The notes: generated by a model not told the origin, from the letters alone. A stretch of DNA of 64,000 nucleotides from Okamejei kenojei (GCA_035221665.1 CM069145.1:7006001-7070000), one strand, 5' to 3'. Positions 11,606-24,533 are shown, counted from the first letter of the stretch. Made by a program: numbers and translations.

Positions 11606-12829
11606 TCAAACCAAGGCAAGTGGTGCAAAAATCATTTTAAAGCAATAATCTTGCACTCGCTATAAATATGACAATACAACCAGACCTTTTGGGACGTCAA
11701 TATACAATCAGAGAAAATTGATGAATCAGGTGAAAATGGCCAAACTAACATCAGTAATGGAAATATTTTTGAAGTGTAAAGAATGCCAGAGAGTGACTGT
11801 AATATAACAATAAAAATATTTGATGTGTATCAAGCAGCAAAACGATGCTTTGTTGATCTAGCTTAGTAAATGGCTTATGCCAGGAATTGCTATGACCCAT
11901 TAAACCATTAAGAAGGCTTAATTAATTAAACCATTAAGAAATCTCCCCTTCAGAAAGATATCATTCACTTTAGCACCTCATCATGAATCTTGGCCTTAAT
12001 TTTCCATCTTATGATCAAGCTATAATATCCATTTATTGTTATAAAACGTGTCCGTTTTATACCAATACCCGCTGTCAATGTGGTACTTTACAGTAGTGAA
12101 AATGTTTGCATGAAGACTTCATGAATGCCCCATAAAATGAAGATTTAAGGAGAGATTAATGAGAGTGGCATTCACGTGGAAGGATAAAGAGTTATTCTCA
12201 TATTAAAACATTAATGACTTCACTTGGGAAGATTAATGACAGAAAGCTTCATGTTGAAACATTATTGGGAGTGACCCTCATTAGCGCAATAATGAAGGTG
12301 ACTCACATAATGAAGAATTAATGAATGATACAAATTAAAACATTAATGAGTAACCTTTTGGGAAATCTTAAATTAGAATAATAGATATTGATAGTACCTT
12401 GAAAGATACTAATATGAAATGGTATAATTCCAAAATACAACAATCATTTCTAAATATCATGCAAAATTATAGCCGTTGATGAACATTACCCAGCAAAATA
12501 AAATCAAGACATTGAAAGTAACAATTAAAAAGTGCTCAGGGTTACTTTTATTGCAGAGTAGAAATAAAGTACTGCAATACATCAATGTACAGAATTTAAT
12601 ATCCTTCATTAATGTCTGTCTTATAAACAAGTCAACAAACTGGGAGGTCAAACAGTAAGATAACGGAGCTATACACCATATTTCCTATTGATTGTGCAAA
12701 GAAGGATCCGATCTGAAAATCAGAATGACACTACTATCATGTTTCTCCATTTGTTTTTGAATCAAGGTGAAAACTGTTTCTGAAAGGAGAAAATGGGTTG
12801 AAGTAGACCAAAAGTTATATTCCTTCTGA

Positions 12830-13548
12830 TGAGTGAGAATTGCTTTAGTTAATTTTAATATTTTAGCAAAAAACAAAATTCACAATATTACAGCCCTGAG
12901 TAAAAACATTAAAAAAAATACAAATGTACGTGCAATCATATCTGTAACGTGAAGGTAAAACATTCCCAAACATCTCCCCCAGAACAAGAATAGTGAAAAC
13001 AAAATTAGACGGAACAAAGCAGGCAACACATACAAAACGGTGGTCAATAAAGTGAAAAGGAAACAACAGCCAACTCTATACAAAATTGGAACATCATGCC
13101 TTTCTTTTTTATTTACAAAGTTATATCACAGTCAATCCACAAAAGTTAGAGATTACAGTGCAACTACTAAACTAAAAAATATTGCAAATGTAACTTGCAA
13201 ATCTGTGAAATGTTTTAACACGCCCACCTTACTTCTTATTGACTACCCATCCATCATTTGATTTTCTAATATACATTTAGTTTTCCAGTGTCCTTAAACA
13301 AATTTAATATGAACATTTGCAGTGTGGAGTACAGACCATTACACATGTTCAGAAAGTCTCAAAACACCAAATTCTGCATGATTTGAAAAATACATACAAA
13401 ATATTTCCCCTTTTTATTTTATACCAGTACACCCTTTACATTCCTAATTGGTTTGCTCTGTTGGTACTTGACATTCTTTTACATTCTGTTGTACACAAAT
13501 GCTGGCGGAAGAATCAAAGGGTGGGAACAAAATAACCAGGGCAACAGG
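12830..13548 (-). other. EXOC6: Probable EXOC6 3' UTR
   Basis: Follows the stop codon, is U/GU-rich on the minus strand and repeat-free. Candidate poly(A) signals on the minus strand: AATAAA at 13413-13418 and 13108-13113, ATTAAA at 12854-12859, and a further AATAAA at 12547-12552. The true 3' end is uncertain. Confidence 0.55.
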
Positions 13549-13681
13549 CTATGTGTGTTGCGACATGCCATTCACCAAACTGCGTAGTTGCTTCACTACT
13601 GTCTCGATTAGTTTCTGTTTATCACGGTCATTTTTTCTGAACTGAGAAAATATAATGTTTTTTTTGTTGGTATCTTTCATT
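13549..13681 (-). CDS. EXOC6: EXOC6 (Sec15A) last coding exon
   Basis: Acceptor TTTTGCAG|A. Encodes (K)MKDTNKKNIIFSQFRKNDRDKQKLIETVVKQLRSLVNGMSQHT* with TAG at 13551-13549. The ..RSLVNGMSQH ending matches EXOC6, not EXOC6B. Not in the ORF track. Confidence 0.95.
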
Positions 13682-13940
13682 CTGCAAAATAAATTAATGC
13701 CATTTTTAGTGTTTCATATCTGCTAAATTGAAATAAATGTTACCACATTAATACATCACCAAAAGAACACAGCATCCAATGCAGAAGAAATGATGTTCAA
13801 AAGTACAACTTGCAGTAGCATGTTATGTTAGAAGCATAAAGATCAGCCTCCCAATGTTCACTCTCCCCAAAGGTTTAGTCAGATAGCTCTGATATCTGTC
13901 CTCTGATTCACACTTAGTGTTGAACAACTGTCACACCAGA

Positions 13941-14163
13941 AGCACCGATCTACACTACACAAAGTAATCTCAATACCAAGTGTTAATAAAACTCAGCGGG
14001 CCAGGCAGCATCTTTGGAGGGAACGGATAGGTGACACTTTCGGTTGAAGAAGCATCCCAATCCAAAATATTGTCTGTCTATTCACTCCACAGATGTTGCC
14101 TGACCCGCTGAGTTCCATTAACATTTGGTATTGAGATCACTTTGTATAGTGTAGATCAGTGCT
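13941..14163. repeat. About 220-bp hairpin: fold-back Penelope terminal-repeat element with extra inverted outer arms
   Basis: 13941-14000 is the reverse complement of 14104-14163 with few mismatches. The inner part matches the Penelope terminal repeat. Confidence 0.85.
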
Positions 14164-14309
14164 ACACCCAAGTTCCAGAACTCCCTTCCCAAATCCGTCG
14201 ACTGACTTTTAATTTGAGAATTCTGCCATGAGATATGTTCCTCATTAAGTGCCGCTGGAACGTTTTGATTGCTGCTGTCCATCTGATCAGGGAGCTCTCA
14301 TGGTGATAT

Positions 14310-15038
14310 TCGGTGTGGCGGCGCCTTGTGGCTGCGGCTCACCTGTAGTCCGTCTGACTTTTTTCTTCTTTTTTTCGTCTTGTTAGAGTATGTTTTCGGT
14401 ATATTTTTAGTTGTGTATATTGGGGGGGGGGAGGGGGGGGAGGGGGAAACTTTTAACTTTTTAATCTTCCTTGACGGAGAGGTGGCCTTTTCCTCGTCAT
14501 GTCTCCATTTGTTTGGGCCTAACATCGTGGAGCCTCGGAGGCCTCACCATCGCGGAGCTGGCTGGCGCAGAGGCTGTGGTGGCGTGGCAGCCCGACTGCG
14601 GAGCTTCAGAGGCCTCGGCTGCAGGCCCTGTGGAAGGTAAAATCGGGAGCCCACAGGTCCCTGGAGTGAGACCGATTTCTGAGAGCTCCTGCAACGGCAA
14701 CTTCGCCCTGAATCGAGGGGTTTGAATCGGCCCGTCGCAGGGCCTTACATCGCCCGGTGAGGCTTAATCAGCCGCGGGACTTACCAACGCCCGCCGGGGG
14801 CTTTAACATCAAGAGCCTCAATCGCCTCGACGCGGGAGAAGAATAAAGAACAGGGAAGAGTTAAGACTTTTGCCTTCCATCACAGTGAGGAGGTGTTTGG
14901 AGATTCACTGTGATGGATGTTTGTGTGAAACTGTACTAATTGTGTATTATGTTTATTTTATTGTTATGAATGCAGGGAATGAAATTTCGTTCAAACCTCT
15001 GTCTGTTTGAATGACAATAAAGGTTATTTGTATTTCTA
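14310..15038 (+). mobile_element. Unclassified GC/CpG-rich non-autonomous retroelement-like insertion
   Basis: Abrupt GC-rich block in an AT-rich intron, with internal repeated GGAGC/GGCCTC/AACATC motifs and a 13-bp perfect hairpin TCCATCACAGTGA...TCACTGTGATGGA (14876-14917). The 3' end AATTTCGTT...GAATGACAATAAA resembles L2/Rex-Babar-type LINE tails. No credible ORF. Confidence 0.6.
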
Positions 15039-15199
15039 TTGGTGAAGTGGCTCCAGGATTTCAACACAACACTGAAGGAATTGAGATACATTTCCATGTT
15101 AGGTCATTGTGCGATTTTCTTAGGTGAACTTGCTTGGTGTGATTCTCAACAGATACAGATTTGGGAGATGCTACTGAATCAATTTTCTACACAGTATAT

Positions 15200-16060
15200 A
15201 TTATGGCTATGGTGTTGGTGAACATCTAAGGTCGCAGGCCGACTGTCAAACTACATTGTCTCCTTGGATGAAGAGCGCTGTGTGCTTTTGGGTTGTCACT
15301 TTTCTAGCGTAGTGGAGAGTACCCCATCACATTCTCAACATGTGATTTAGGGGTGGTGAAAAGGCTTTGGGGAGTTCAGGTGCTCAGTTTCTTACTGGCA
15401 CTTTTGGCCAAGGTAGATATAGTTTGTCTCATGATTGCACATGGAATATGTCACTATTCACTCATCAGCCCCCTACCCAAAAGTGATCTAGATTTCCCGC
15501 AAGCAGGCATGGACAGCTTCATTTCCTAACGAGTTGGAAATGAAACTGAACATTGTACAAACATCAGTAATCCTACCTCACTTCCGACAGAATGGAAAGC
15601 CAAGGCGAGTGATTTTGGTAATGCTACAGTAATGTCCTGGGGCTCAGATAACTGATCTCCAGCAACCACAACTACTTTTTTTGAAGCAAGTATAACTCCA
15701 GCCAATGGAGTTTTTCTCCCGACGCCCGGACTTCACCTTTACCAGTGTGCGTCGATGCTACATTTGATCAAACGTTGTTTCTTGTCAGGGGCAGTCACTC
15801 TCATCTCATCTCTGAATTTGACATCAGAACTCCTTGGTGCAGGAAAGCCTACACCAAGCATTGCTGTACACATGATGAGCAGATACATGCCACCAGGTGG
15901 GCAGGTAAATGCCACATGATAAGCTTTCCATGATATCTCTCATCACATAGTGACAATGTAAATGTATAGGGCAGCGATTGGCTAGATTGGATTTGACATG
16001 CTTGTTCTGCGCAATATTGTCATTGCGGTGGGATTCAGAACATTGTGGATTTCAAAGGAT
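15200..16060 (-). mobile_element. Highly degraded LINE (CR1/L2-like) reverse-transcriptase remnant
   Basis: Recognised from DNA-level resemblance only (for example TGAACATTGTACAAACATCAG and GTCAGGGGCAGTCACTCTC). No intact frame. Confidence 0.35.
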
Positions 16061-17472
16061 TTCCAATTCATCATGTTAACCACAGGACCTCAATTACTGA
16101 GCAAACCTGTCATTATTTCTCACAACCACCTTGTTGCAATATCTTCTTACGTGCATAGGTGTCAGGTTATGGCTATAAATGCTCCTGAGAATTAACATGG
16201 AACATTTTGCTATGTTTAAGCAACTATTCCAAAAGAAAGTGGTTGTTTGTTGACCCTTTACCCAAGAGAAGATATTGTGAATTATTGGTAAGCACAGTGA
16301 TGATCTAACATCACATTAATGTTGAGGGGAAAACAGCAAGCAAATAATATGTTAATTACTCTTGGATGCCTCTTTGAAGCTGGGACCAAGGGTGGTTTGA
16401 GTGCAGACTACCTGCAGGATGCATGACGCAAGACTTGAAATATCTTTTTAAGATCTTCTACATCAGCAATGCTTTGACCAGGCAAATGAAAGTGATTGGG
16501 TCTGTCAATCAAGCTTGATGACCACAGTGCTGCAATTGACTTGGATCGATTTTACATATGAAATTCATATCCAACTATTCTTCACTATGTTTTCACATAT
16601 TTTTGATAAAATGATCTCACCTTGGTGTCGGCTGTGATTTTTGGTTCTTCTGTTCTTTAAACAGACTCTTTCCTGAATAAGTTGATATTGTAGTATAATA
16701 AACACATTGTGCTCCACCTTTCACTCATTGGCCAATGTGCTTGTCAATAAATACTGTTAGAAAGATCAGTAACAACTCAACCTACTCTCATTTCTGTCCA
16801 AATATTGGGAATTTTACTAGAGCATGACAACGGATCTGCAATGGAAATCATTCATTTCATCTCAATCACCCTTTAAAAGTAACCATTTACAAACAGCAAC
16901 AACCTGGGGTGCTTTTGAAAGCTCTTCTCACTCACACCAGTCACTCTTTCTCTGTAGGTATGTAAACAACCAAACCTGAAACATCACCCATCCTTTTTCT
17001 CCAGTAATGCTGCCTGACCCACTGAGTTGCTCCAGCACTTTGTGTCTATATTTGGTATAAACCATTAATCACACTTCTTTGTTTCTAAAAGTATGCATAC
17101 TCTTTGTGAAGGTGGGTAACTGGATCAGGGCACTGGTGGAATTCTCTTTCCACATGTACACATCTAGTATCGTTTTTAATTATGTTATAATGCTTAGTTT
17201 AATAGCAAAATATGGACTTTGGCAAGCTTAGACATTTATTGAAAAACTGGAGGTAGTATACTGACACCACTGGCAGGAAGGTTCAATTACAGCATGTTCA
17301 CCAAAGCAGGAATGTTAAAAGATGAACAGTAAATAAACACACATGTAACTGTGACATATTGAAATTATCAGATCACTTTAAAATTGTGAGTTAACAGTTC
17401 TTAATACTTTCTGCACAGGGTTTCCTCATCTCTCTTTTTAAAAGCTATCTGGTGAACAACCATATCTTCTAA

Positions 17473-19005
17473 TGTTTGTGAAAGAACTGCAGATGCTGGA
17501 AAGTCGAAGGTAGACAGAAATGCTGGAGAAACTCAGCGGGTGAGGCAGCATCTATAGAGCGAAGGAATAGGTGACATTTTGGGTCGAGACCCTTCTTCAG
17601 ACTGATGTGGCGGTAGGGGGTGCGGGAAGAAGAAAGGAAGAGGCGGAGACAGTAGGCTGTGGGAGAGATGGGAAGGGGAGGGGAAGGAGGGAGAAAGCAA
17701 GGACCACCAGAAATTGGAGAAGCCAATCTTCATACTGCTGGGGTGTAAACTACCCAAGCAAAATATGAGGTGCTGCTCCTCCAATTTGCAGTGGGATTCA
17801 CTCTGGCCATGGAGAGGGCCCAGGACAGAAAGGTCAGATTTGAAATGGGAGGGGGAGTTAAAGTGCTGAGCCACCGGGAGATCAGGTTGGTTAATGTGAA
17901 CCGTGCGGAGGTGTTTGGCGAAGCGACGGGCAAGCCTACGCTTGGTCTCACCGATGTAGAGCAGTTGCCACCTAGAGCAGCGGATGCAATAGACGAGGTT
18001 GGAGGAGGTGCAGGTGAACCTCTGCCTCACCTGGAAAGACGGCTTAGGTCCTGGGATGGAGTCAAGGGGGGGGGGGGTAAAGCGACAAGTGTGTCATTTC
18101 CTATGGTTGCAAGGTCCAAACCAGGGCATCAGAGGTGTCCTCATTCTTTAGGGAACGGGGGTTCCCCTCTTCTACTATAGCTAAGGCTCTCACCAGGGTC
18201 TCTTCTATATCCCGCAGCTCCGCTCTCACTCCCCATCCCCCCCATTCGTAACAAGGGCAGAAACCCCCTTGTCCTCACCTTCCACCTTACCAGCGTCACA
18301 TACAACAAATAATCTTCAGACATTTTCGCCACCTCCAACGGGATCCCACCACATCTTCCCATCTCCTCCCCTTTCGGCTTTCCGCAGAGGCCGCGCCCTC
18401 CGTCACTCCCTGGTCAATTTGACCCTTCCCACCCAAACCAACCCCTCCCCTGGTTCTTCCCCTTGCAACTGCAGGTAATGCTACAGTTGTTGCTTTACCT
18501 CCCCCCTTGACTCCATCCAAGGACCTTTCCAGGTGAGGCAGAGAGGTTCAACTGCACCTCCTCCAACCTCATCTATTGCATCCACAGGCTTGGCGGTCGC
18601 TTTGCCCAACATCTCTGCACAGTTCGCAATAACCTACCTGATGTCCCGGTGGCTCAGCACTTCAACTCCCCCTCCCATTCCGAATCCGACCTTTCTTTCC
18701 TCCATGGCCAGAGTGAGGCCCACAGCAAATTGGAGGAGCAGCACTTCATATTTCGCTTGGGTAGTTTACACCCCAGCGGTATGAACATTGACTTCTCCAA
18801 TTTCAGGTAGTCCTTGCTTTCTCACTCCTTCCCCTCCTCTTCCCAGCTCTCCTACAGCCCACTTTATCCGTCTTTTCCTTTCTTCTTCCCGCGCCCCCCC
18901 ACCCCCACATCAGTCTGAAGAAGGGTCTCGACCCGAAACATCATCTATTCCTTCGTTCCATAGATGCTGCCCCCCGCTGCGTTTCTCCAGCATTTTTGTC
19001 TCTCA
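17473..19005. mobile_element. Penelope-like retroelement, 5'-truncated with a large inverted duplication (minus 17473-18115, plus 18115-19005)
   Basis: ORF 17533..18030 (RQRFTCTSSNLVYCIRCSRWQLLYIGETKRRL..RFAKH...PVAQHFNSPSH) is a GIY-YIG endonuclease. The plus arm has frameshifted RT-thumb/linker sequence (HIFPSPPLSAFRR..SL..SLV; PCNC) and the same GIY-YIG region. Both outer ends carry the hammerhead-containing repeat. Confidence 0.92.
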
Positions 19006-19199
19006 TCTTCTAATGTATTCTCTACCAATTTTCATTCCCATCCAAATAGATGTTCAATGAACTTCCACTTCAGATAGTCCACCTGTGATTGGTAATTAAA
19101 TTTGCACTGAAATCTAATCATGACTTGTAATTACTTTGTTGAAAAACTTCATTTAACTTTTGTTAAAATAAACCACAGTGAACCTGCAGCCCATATTCA

Positions 19200-19545
19200 T
19201 GAAATTATAACACAAATTAAATGGGCTATTAGTTGGTATTAATAACTTTTGTACAAAGTTTTAAGAGTACTTTATGAAAGTTGTGTTCAGCTTTGGTACC
19301 CTTGTATGGTGGGTGATACAGAAATTATGGAAAGAATCAGAGCAGGGTCACATAAATAATTACAGTGTTTAAAAACTTAATTTACTCAGAAATTACTTTA
19401 CAGACGCATTAATGAAAGTGGTAACGGACCGATTCAAATTTAAAAATAGGCCATGCTCTCATTGATAGATTATTTGTTAGAATGGGGAATATGATGGATA
19501 TATATTATGCGAGGGTAGATTATAGCTAACACTCTTTCCCAGAGT
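19200..19545 (+). mobile_element. Old CR1 fragment, followed by a Penelope terminal fragment (19545-19670, minus)
   Basis: Degenerate CR1 RT 3' motif (TTGTGTTCAGCTTTGGTACCC, corresponding to CVQ.W.P). The following fragment matches the Penelope repeat. Confidence 0.45.
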
Positions 19546-20721
19546 GTTAAAGAAGGAACTGCAGATGCTGGAGAATCGAGGGTACACAAAAGGCTGGAGA
19601 AACTCAGCGGGTGCAGCAGCATCTAAGGAGCGAAGGAGATAGGCGACGTTTTGGGTCGAGACCCTTCCCAGAGTGAAGAAATTATAATACTCTTTCCCAG
19701 AGTATTCTGTTACTTTGAACAGGTTACTAGCTTGTGCGGAGTGCTAATTCTTTAGACTTGGAAAAAGTTAGCTATTTCAAGCAAAAAGAGTCTTTTGAGC
19801 TAGATCTTGTCGATTTAAAAACTTTGGACAAGAATTCTTTAGCTTTTTTCCCCTCCCCAGAACTGTATATATTTTTTCCTCATGATAATTTAAATCAATT
19901 TTAATGCTCTCGGGTTGTCCACATCGTTTCTACTGTCCACAGACTTTCCACAGATACATGTCTAAGAATTAGAGGCAGTTTAAAGGAATCCCTCAAGGCT
20001 GGTTCACCTGTTATTTATGTACAAGGCTGGGTAAAGCACAGATAAAGGACAGATTAGGAATACATAACATTGGCTGCTGTGTGGAGTAAAGGAAGGGGAA
20101 AAAAAAACAGAAACCTACATAACTAGCAATCATCTACTGCGCAACTTTCGATTATTCAGATGCTGAAACTACCTCCATGCATTGGTGTATCATTTAATTA
20201 TACACATCTATGGTTTAATCTTGTGGAGTATATTTTTGTTTCAGATTACACAGTAATTCAATTAACTGTGAATGATTCTAACTGAAGTATTTGATTTGGA
20301 TTAACACTGTGGAAGATTAACTCCAGCCCCTACGGTGAGGGTGAAAAGTGGGAGATGGTGGGGGAACAGAAGAGCAAGTTGACCATGGGATTTGTACAGA
20401 AAATATTCCTGCTGCCACTAAGTGGAGTGGGGGAGGAGTAGGTTGAATTAGGTCAGCAGGACATTAAGATAGCCAAACTAAAGAATAGATAAGAATAAAT
20501 TTAGTTATTTATAGCTCAGAATGACTTTGAGGATTTCATCATTCAGTTGATCAAAAAGCCTAATTTATCATTTGTCTGAACAATGTTGTCTGATAGAAGG
20601 CTTAAGTAAAAGTACGTTGTTGCTTTGAGTACAGATCTAGATAGCTTAGTGTTCAATTCAGTTGTGAACTTAACGCTTCACTCGTGGATTTACAGATTCT
20701 TGGTTCTGGAACTTCGTACAT

Positions 20722-20938
20722 ATGATGCACATTCTCATTTAGGCATTTGGGCTCATGCAGCGATGTCAAATGGAAAACTATTTGCATTTTAATAGACCTT
20801 ACACAAAATTGTTCTGCACCAACGTGGGCTGGGTCTGAATATTGAAGTTGACCTTATCCAGAGAAGAGAGGCCAGTTTTTGCATTACTTATGAACATCGC
20901 TGCATGAGCCCAAATGCCTAAATGCGAATGTGCATCAT
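20722..20938. repeat. 45-bp near-perfect inverted repeat with a 127-bp spacer
   Basis: 20722-20766 ATGATGCACATTCTCATTTAGGCATTTGGGCTCATGCAGCGATGT matches the reverse complement of 20894-20938 with 1 mismatch. Confidence 0.9.
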
Positions 20939-23900
20939 TTCGCAGCACCAACTTCATTACACCAGAACTTCATTGGCCATCAAGTACTTTGGGACACTCA
21001 AACGTCATGAAAAGCATGATATAAATTCATAAGACCAAAAACTCCTTTGTTCTTAACTTGAGTTAAGCGCTAGATTTGGTGAGGGATAAGGGTCCAGAGC
21101 ACCTTGGTGGACAACAATTGAAATGAAATGAAGCAACAATGGCAGGAAATTGCAGGAGAGATTAGTAGTAGGAATGTCTCTACAAACCCTGCTGCAATGT
21201 CTGAAGACATTCCAAACATTACTTAAAAACTAGGTGGCCCTGCAGAGCTCATACTCTCACCACTTTTCCCAATCTTAACATCTCATAACCACCCCCACAT
21301 TCACAAATAATCCGCGATGAACCCGATTTCATATTAACACACGTTGCTTTGTGTTAACACACAAGCAGCAGTTTCCCTTTGTCAAAGCCCATTGTAGAAG
21401 AGAGGTGGAAAGTAATCTTGTCCAGTTTGAAGAGGCATCTATTAGTCCTGATAATGGGGCGAGCACTGAGAGCACGCAAGGCTTGAAGAAGCCAATGATA
21501 CCAAAGGTGAAGGTAATGCAAACATGTGGTCAACCCTTTTAGATGACTCGTCTCTCAAAGCACAATATACATAGTTGCTGAATGCTCCCTTTAACAATGA
21601 TCTGATCTCACCATTACCAGAATCTAGAATATTACAGTCTCACAGGGAGACCCAACTCCTTGGCTCACCCATTCAACTTCACATTTGGAAGCCTGGGAAT
21701 CTTGACTGAAACTGCAGTGAACCTTTCCATTATTTAATTCACAACCCGTCCTCAAAACTCAATTTGAAAAAATGTGGAAGCGATAATGGTCTCCAGTTTG
21801 AATAAGCACACTCTTCAGCCATAACAACAGCTGCAAGAAGATTAAATGAGTGGTTCAACGTGGAAGCCAGGACATGTCAATAGAATTAAATGATTTATGG
21901 ACAGTGCCCTTTTCTGCTGTACAATCCTAGTCTTCCTGAGCCACCGATGGATTATAATGGCACACCAGTAAACATAATAATGCAGTGGTTGAATCATGTT
22001 ACTGAACTGAAAGAGTGGCTTCCATTGTATTTTTATTGCAATCTGCAGCGAGAGTCAAATGTTTAAATACCAAACCTCTATTAGGACGTTTCAGATTTCT
22101 TAACATTCTTGTTATCCAATACATTTTTAATTAAGCCAGGTTTTTCTATAATGATTGTTAATCTTAAAAGAAATCTTTACATGGTTAAATGGTGTGCACG
22201 AGGCCTGTTTTATCAATGGATTTGATCAATTCCGAGCTATCACAATGATGTGATATTAGCAAGGTTGTGTTTTGTAGGTTGCACTTCTCCAACTGTTTAC
22301 AGCACAGAGTGACATTGGTCATTATTTCAATAACCCCAAGTCAATGCTAATGCTTCCAATAGCAATGGAATCCTACAGCTTGGCAGTGAAAAGGTAGCCT
22401 ATCATTTTCCATGTTATCACCTCCTGCTTCAAACGACACTGAAGTGCAGTCTTCACGAGGAGCTCTATGCTTCAAAGCATGCCTTGGCAAAAGAAGACCT
22501 TCTTTGATACCGTCTGCAGGCATGCTACATCTGGATGTTTTTCAGCAAACATCAAAACCTAGGTTTATTAAATATCCATGTTGACAAAGTGTGTGAGCCT
22601 TGCTTGGGACATAAGGATACCCCCAATGTGGTGCAGAACCCAAGTTCTGTTGAAGATCCTGATGTCATTCTCCATTGGGCTCCTTCGATATAATGCTCCT
22701 CAGGGGTGGAGCAATGGCCCACTGCACTGCGGGATGATAAAATCAGGTTATGAGCTCTTCTTTCCTGACTCCTTTGTGGTTCGCTCTATCTTTAACCCTT
22801 CACATTTAGCTTTCACAGAACATCCAATGGAACCACTACTGGAGAAGTCAAGGCAAGGTAATAACTGGAGAAATTACTGTGGAGAACATCACCAAATTTT
22901 GCAGTTTGGCATCTCTGCCTTTACAATATCCAACGGGCAATATCCAACCATCTTTGCAACACAATGTATCCTCAAATGAAATATGGCTGTAACCCTTTAA
23001 AAAGCAATTGGAAAATGTCAAAACGGACAGCATTCACCAAGAAAGAATTTGGGATGAAGAATTCATTGGATATTTTTGCTGAATGACATTGAATATAACC
23101 ATTTCTCTCTTTATTGACCAATGTTTTTACTTCAGAATTTCACATTTCCCTCTTGTCCTCCTTTAAATAGCAAAGTTTATTAATCAGATAAATGAGATGC
23201 AATTTCAGCTGGCAATGATGAAAGTGTTCATTGTCTAAGATGTCATCTGTTCACATTTAGTGTTTACGCTTGTATATAATGTGCATGGAAAATTTTAAGT
23301 TAAATGTTTTACTGCATTTATGTGGAATTATTGTGCTCCAGCAAAATCTGCACAACTACAATGAAATTCACTCATTAACACAAAATCTCATAACACAAAT
23401 GAATCTTAAGTTCAACTTCTTTCTATCATTAACATTTCTTCTTTACCTGCACAGTTTATTCTCCTTGACTTTTTTTTAATTATAAACAATTTATACACTC
23501 ATTTTACTCCAGATGGTTATTGATGGGTATATTCTATAATTCTATGAAGATGAGTTAGACACACAGGCTGGGTAAAGAGATTATTTATTCATTAGCATAG
23601 TGCATGAATAATGAACTCTAGCATTGAAGCCACTGTTAGAACCATTCCCAAAATGCAGCATCGGAAATTTAAAGCTCTTGGGCAACAATCATAATTCATT
23701 TCTGTCTGACAAAGAAACGTGCTCAGATTATAAGAAAATCAAACTGCATTAAATTGCCCAAAGGCATAGCTTTCAATCTCATTCAGTTAGATGTTAACCC
23801 TTTCCCCAAACAGGCTTACTGATGCAATTTCAATGCAGTTAAAATCAAGCATATCACAAATATGTTTTGTCAAGACTTCATAAATCTATGATGTTAACGA

Positions 23901-24420
23901 TGCATACATTAATCATGAAAGTGATCACTAACACAAACTAAAATTTCAAAGCATGAACATTCAATTCACAACAATGAATGAGTGACACGACCTGGTACAT
24001 GAAAACTACTTACCTTTTGTAGATTCTGTATAAGAGAGGAATGACAATGACGATAGCATGTCAGAAGCTATTTCAAATTATTAGAAAGGATAGCTGCTTA
24101 AAGCTGTTGGTGCATATTTAACAGTCGACATGGAGAGTGTTGGTATAGTGAGTAGAGAATAACATTCTCTATTTCAAACGCTACCATAAATGCAATATAC
24201 CTTACTAGCAGTTGAAATTTGGATAGAGTTCTACAAAAATCATAGATTTAAAATATATATATTTATTTTAAATTCTATCCAAGACATGAAAAAGTTGGCA
24301 GACTAATAGTTTCTTTCAGAATAGAATTAACTCAAAATAATTACATGGTCTATGTTATTTTATATCGGGTATAAATCAGTCTTTATGTACACATGTGAAA
24401 CTGTAAATAAGGTTGCTTAC

Positions 24421-24533
24421 TTCTCAAGAAGTATCAGAGCTGTGCTGGGATTTACTCTCAGGTACTTGGACGTTGCTTGCCCGTAATCAGCTAGATAGGT
24501 TGACCAGTCCCACACCATAAACAGATCGAGTAG
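24421..24533 (-). CDS. EXOC6: EXOC6 penultimate coding exon
   Basis: TTTGCAG|CTA...GAG AA|GTAAGC. 113 nt encoding LLDLFMVWDWSTYLADYGQATSKYLRVNPSTALILLE(K). The phase-2 end joins the single A that starts the last exon. Confidence 0.95.
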
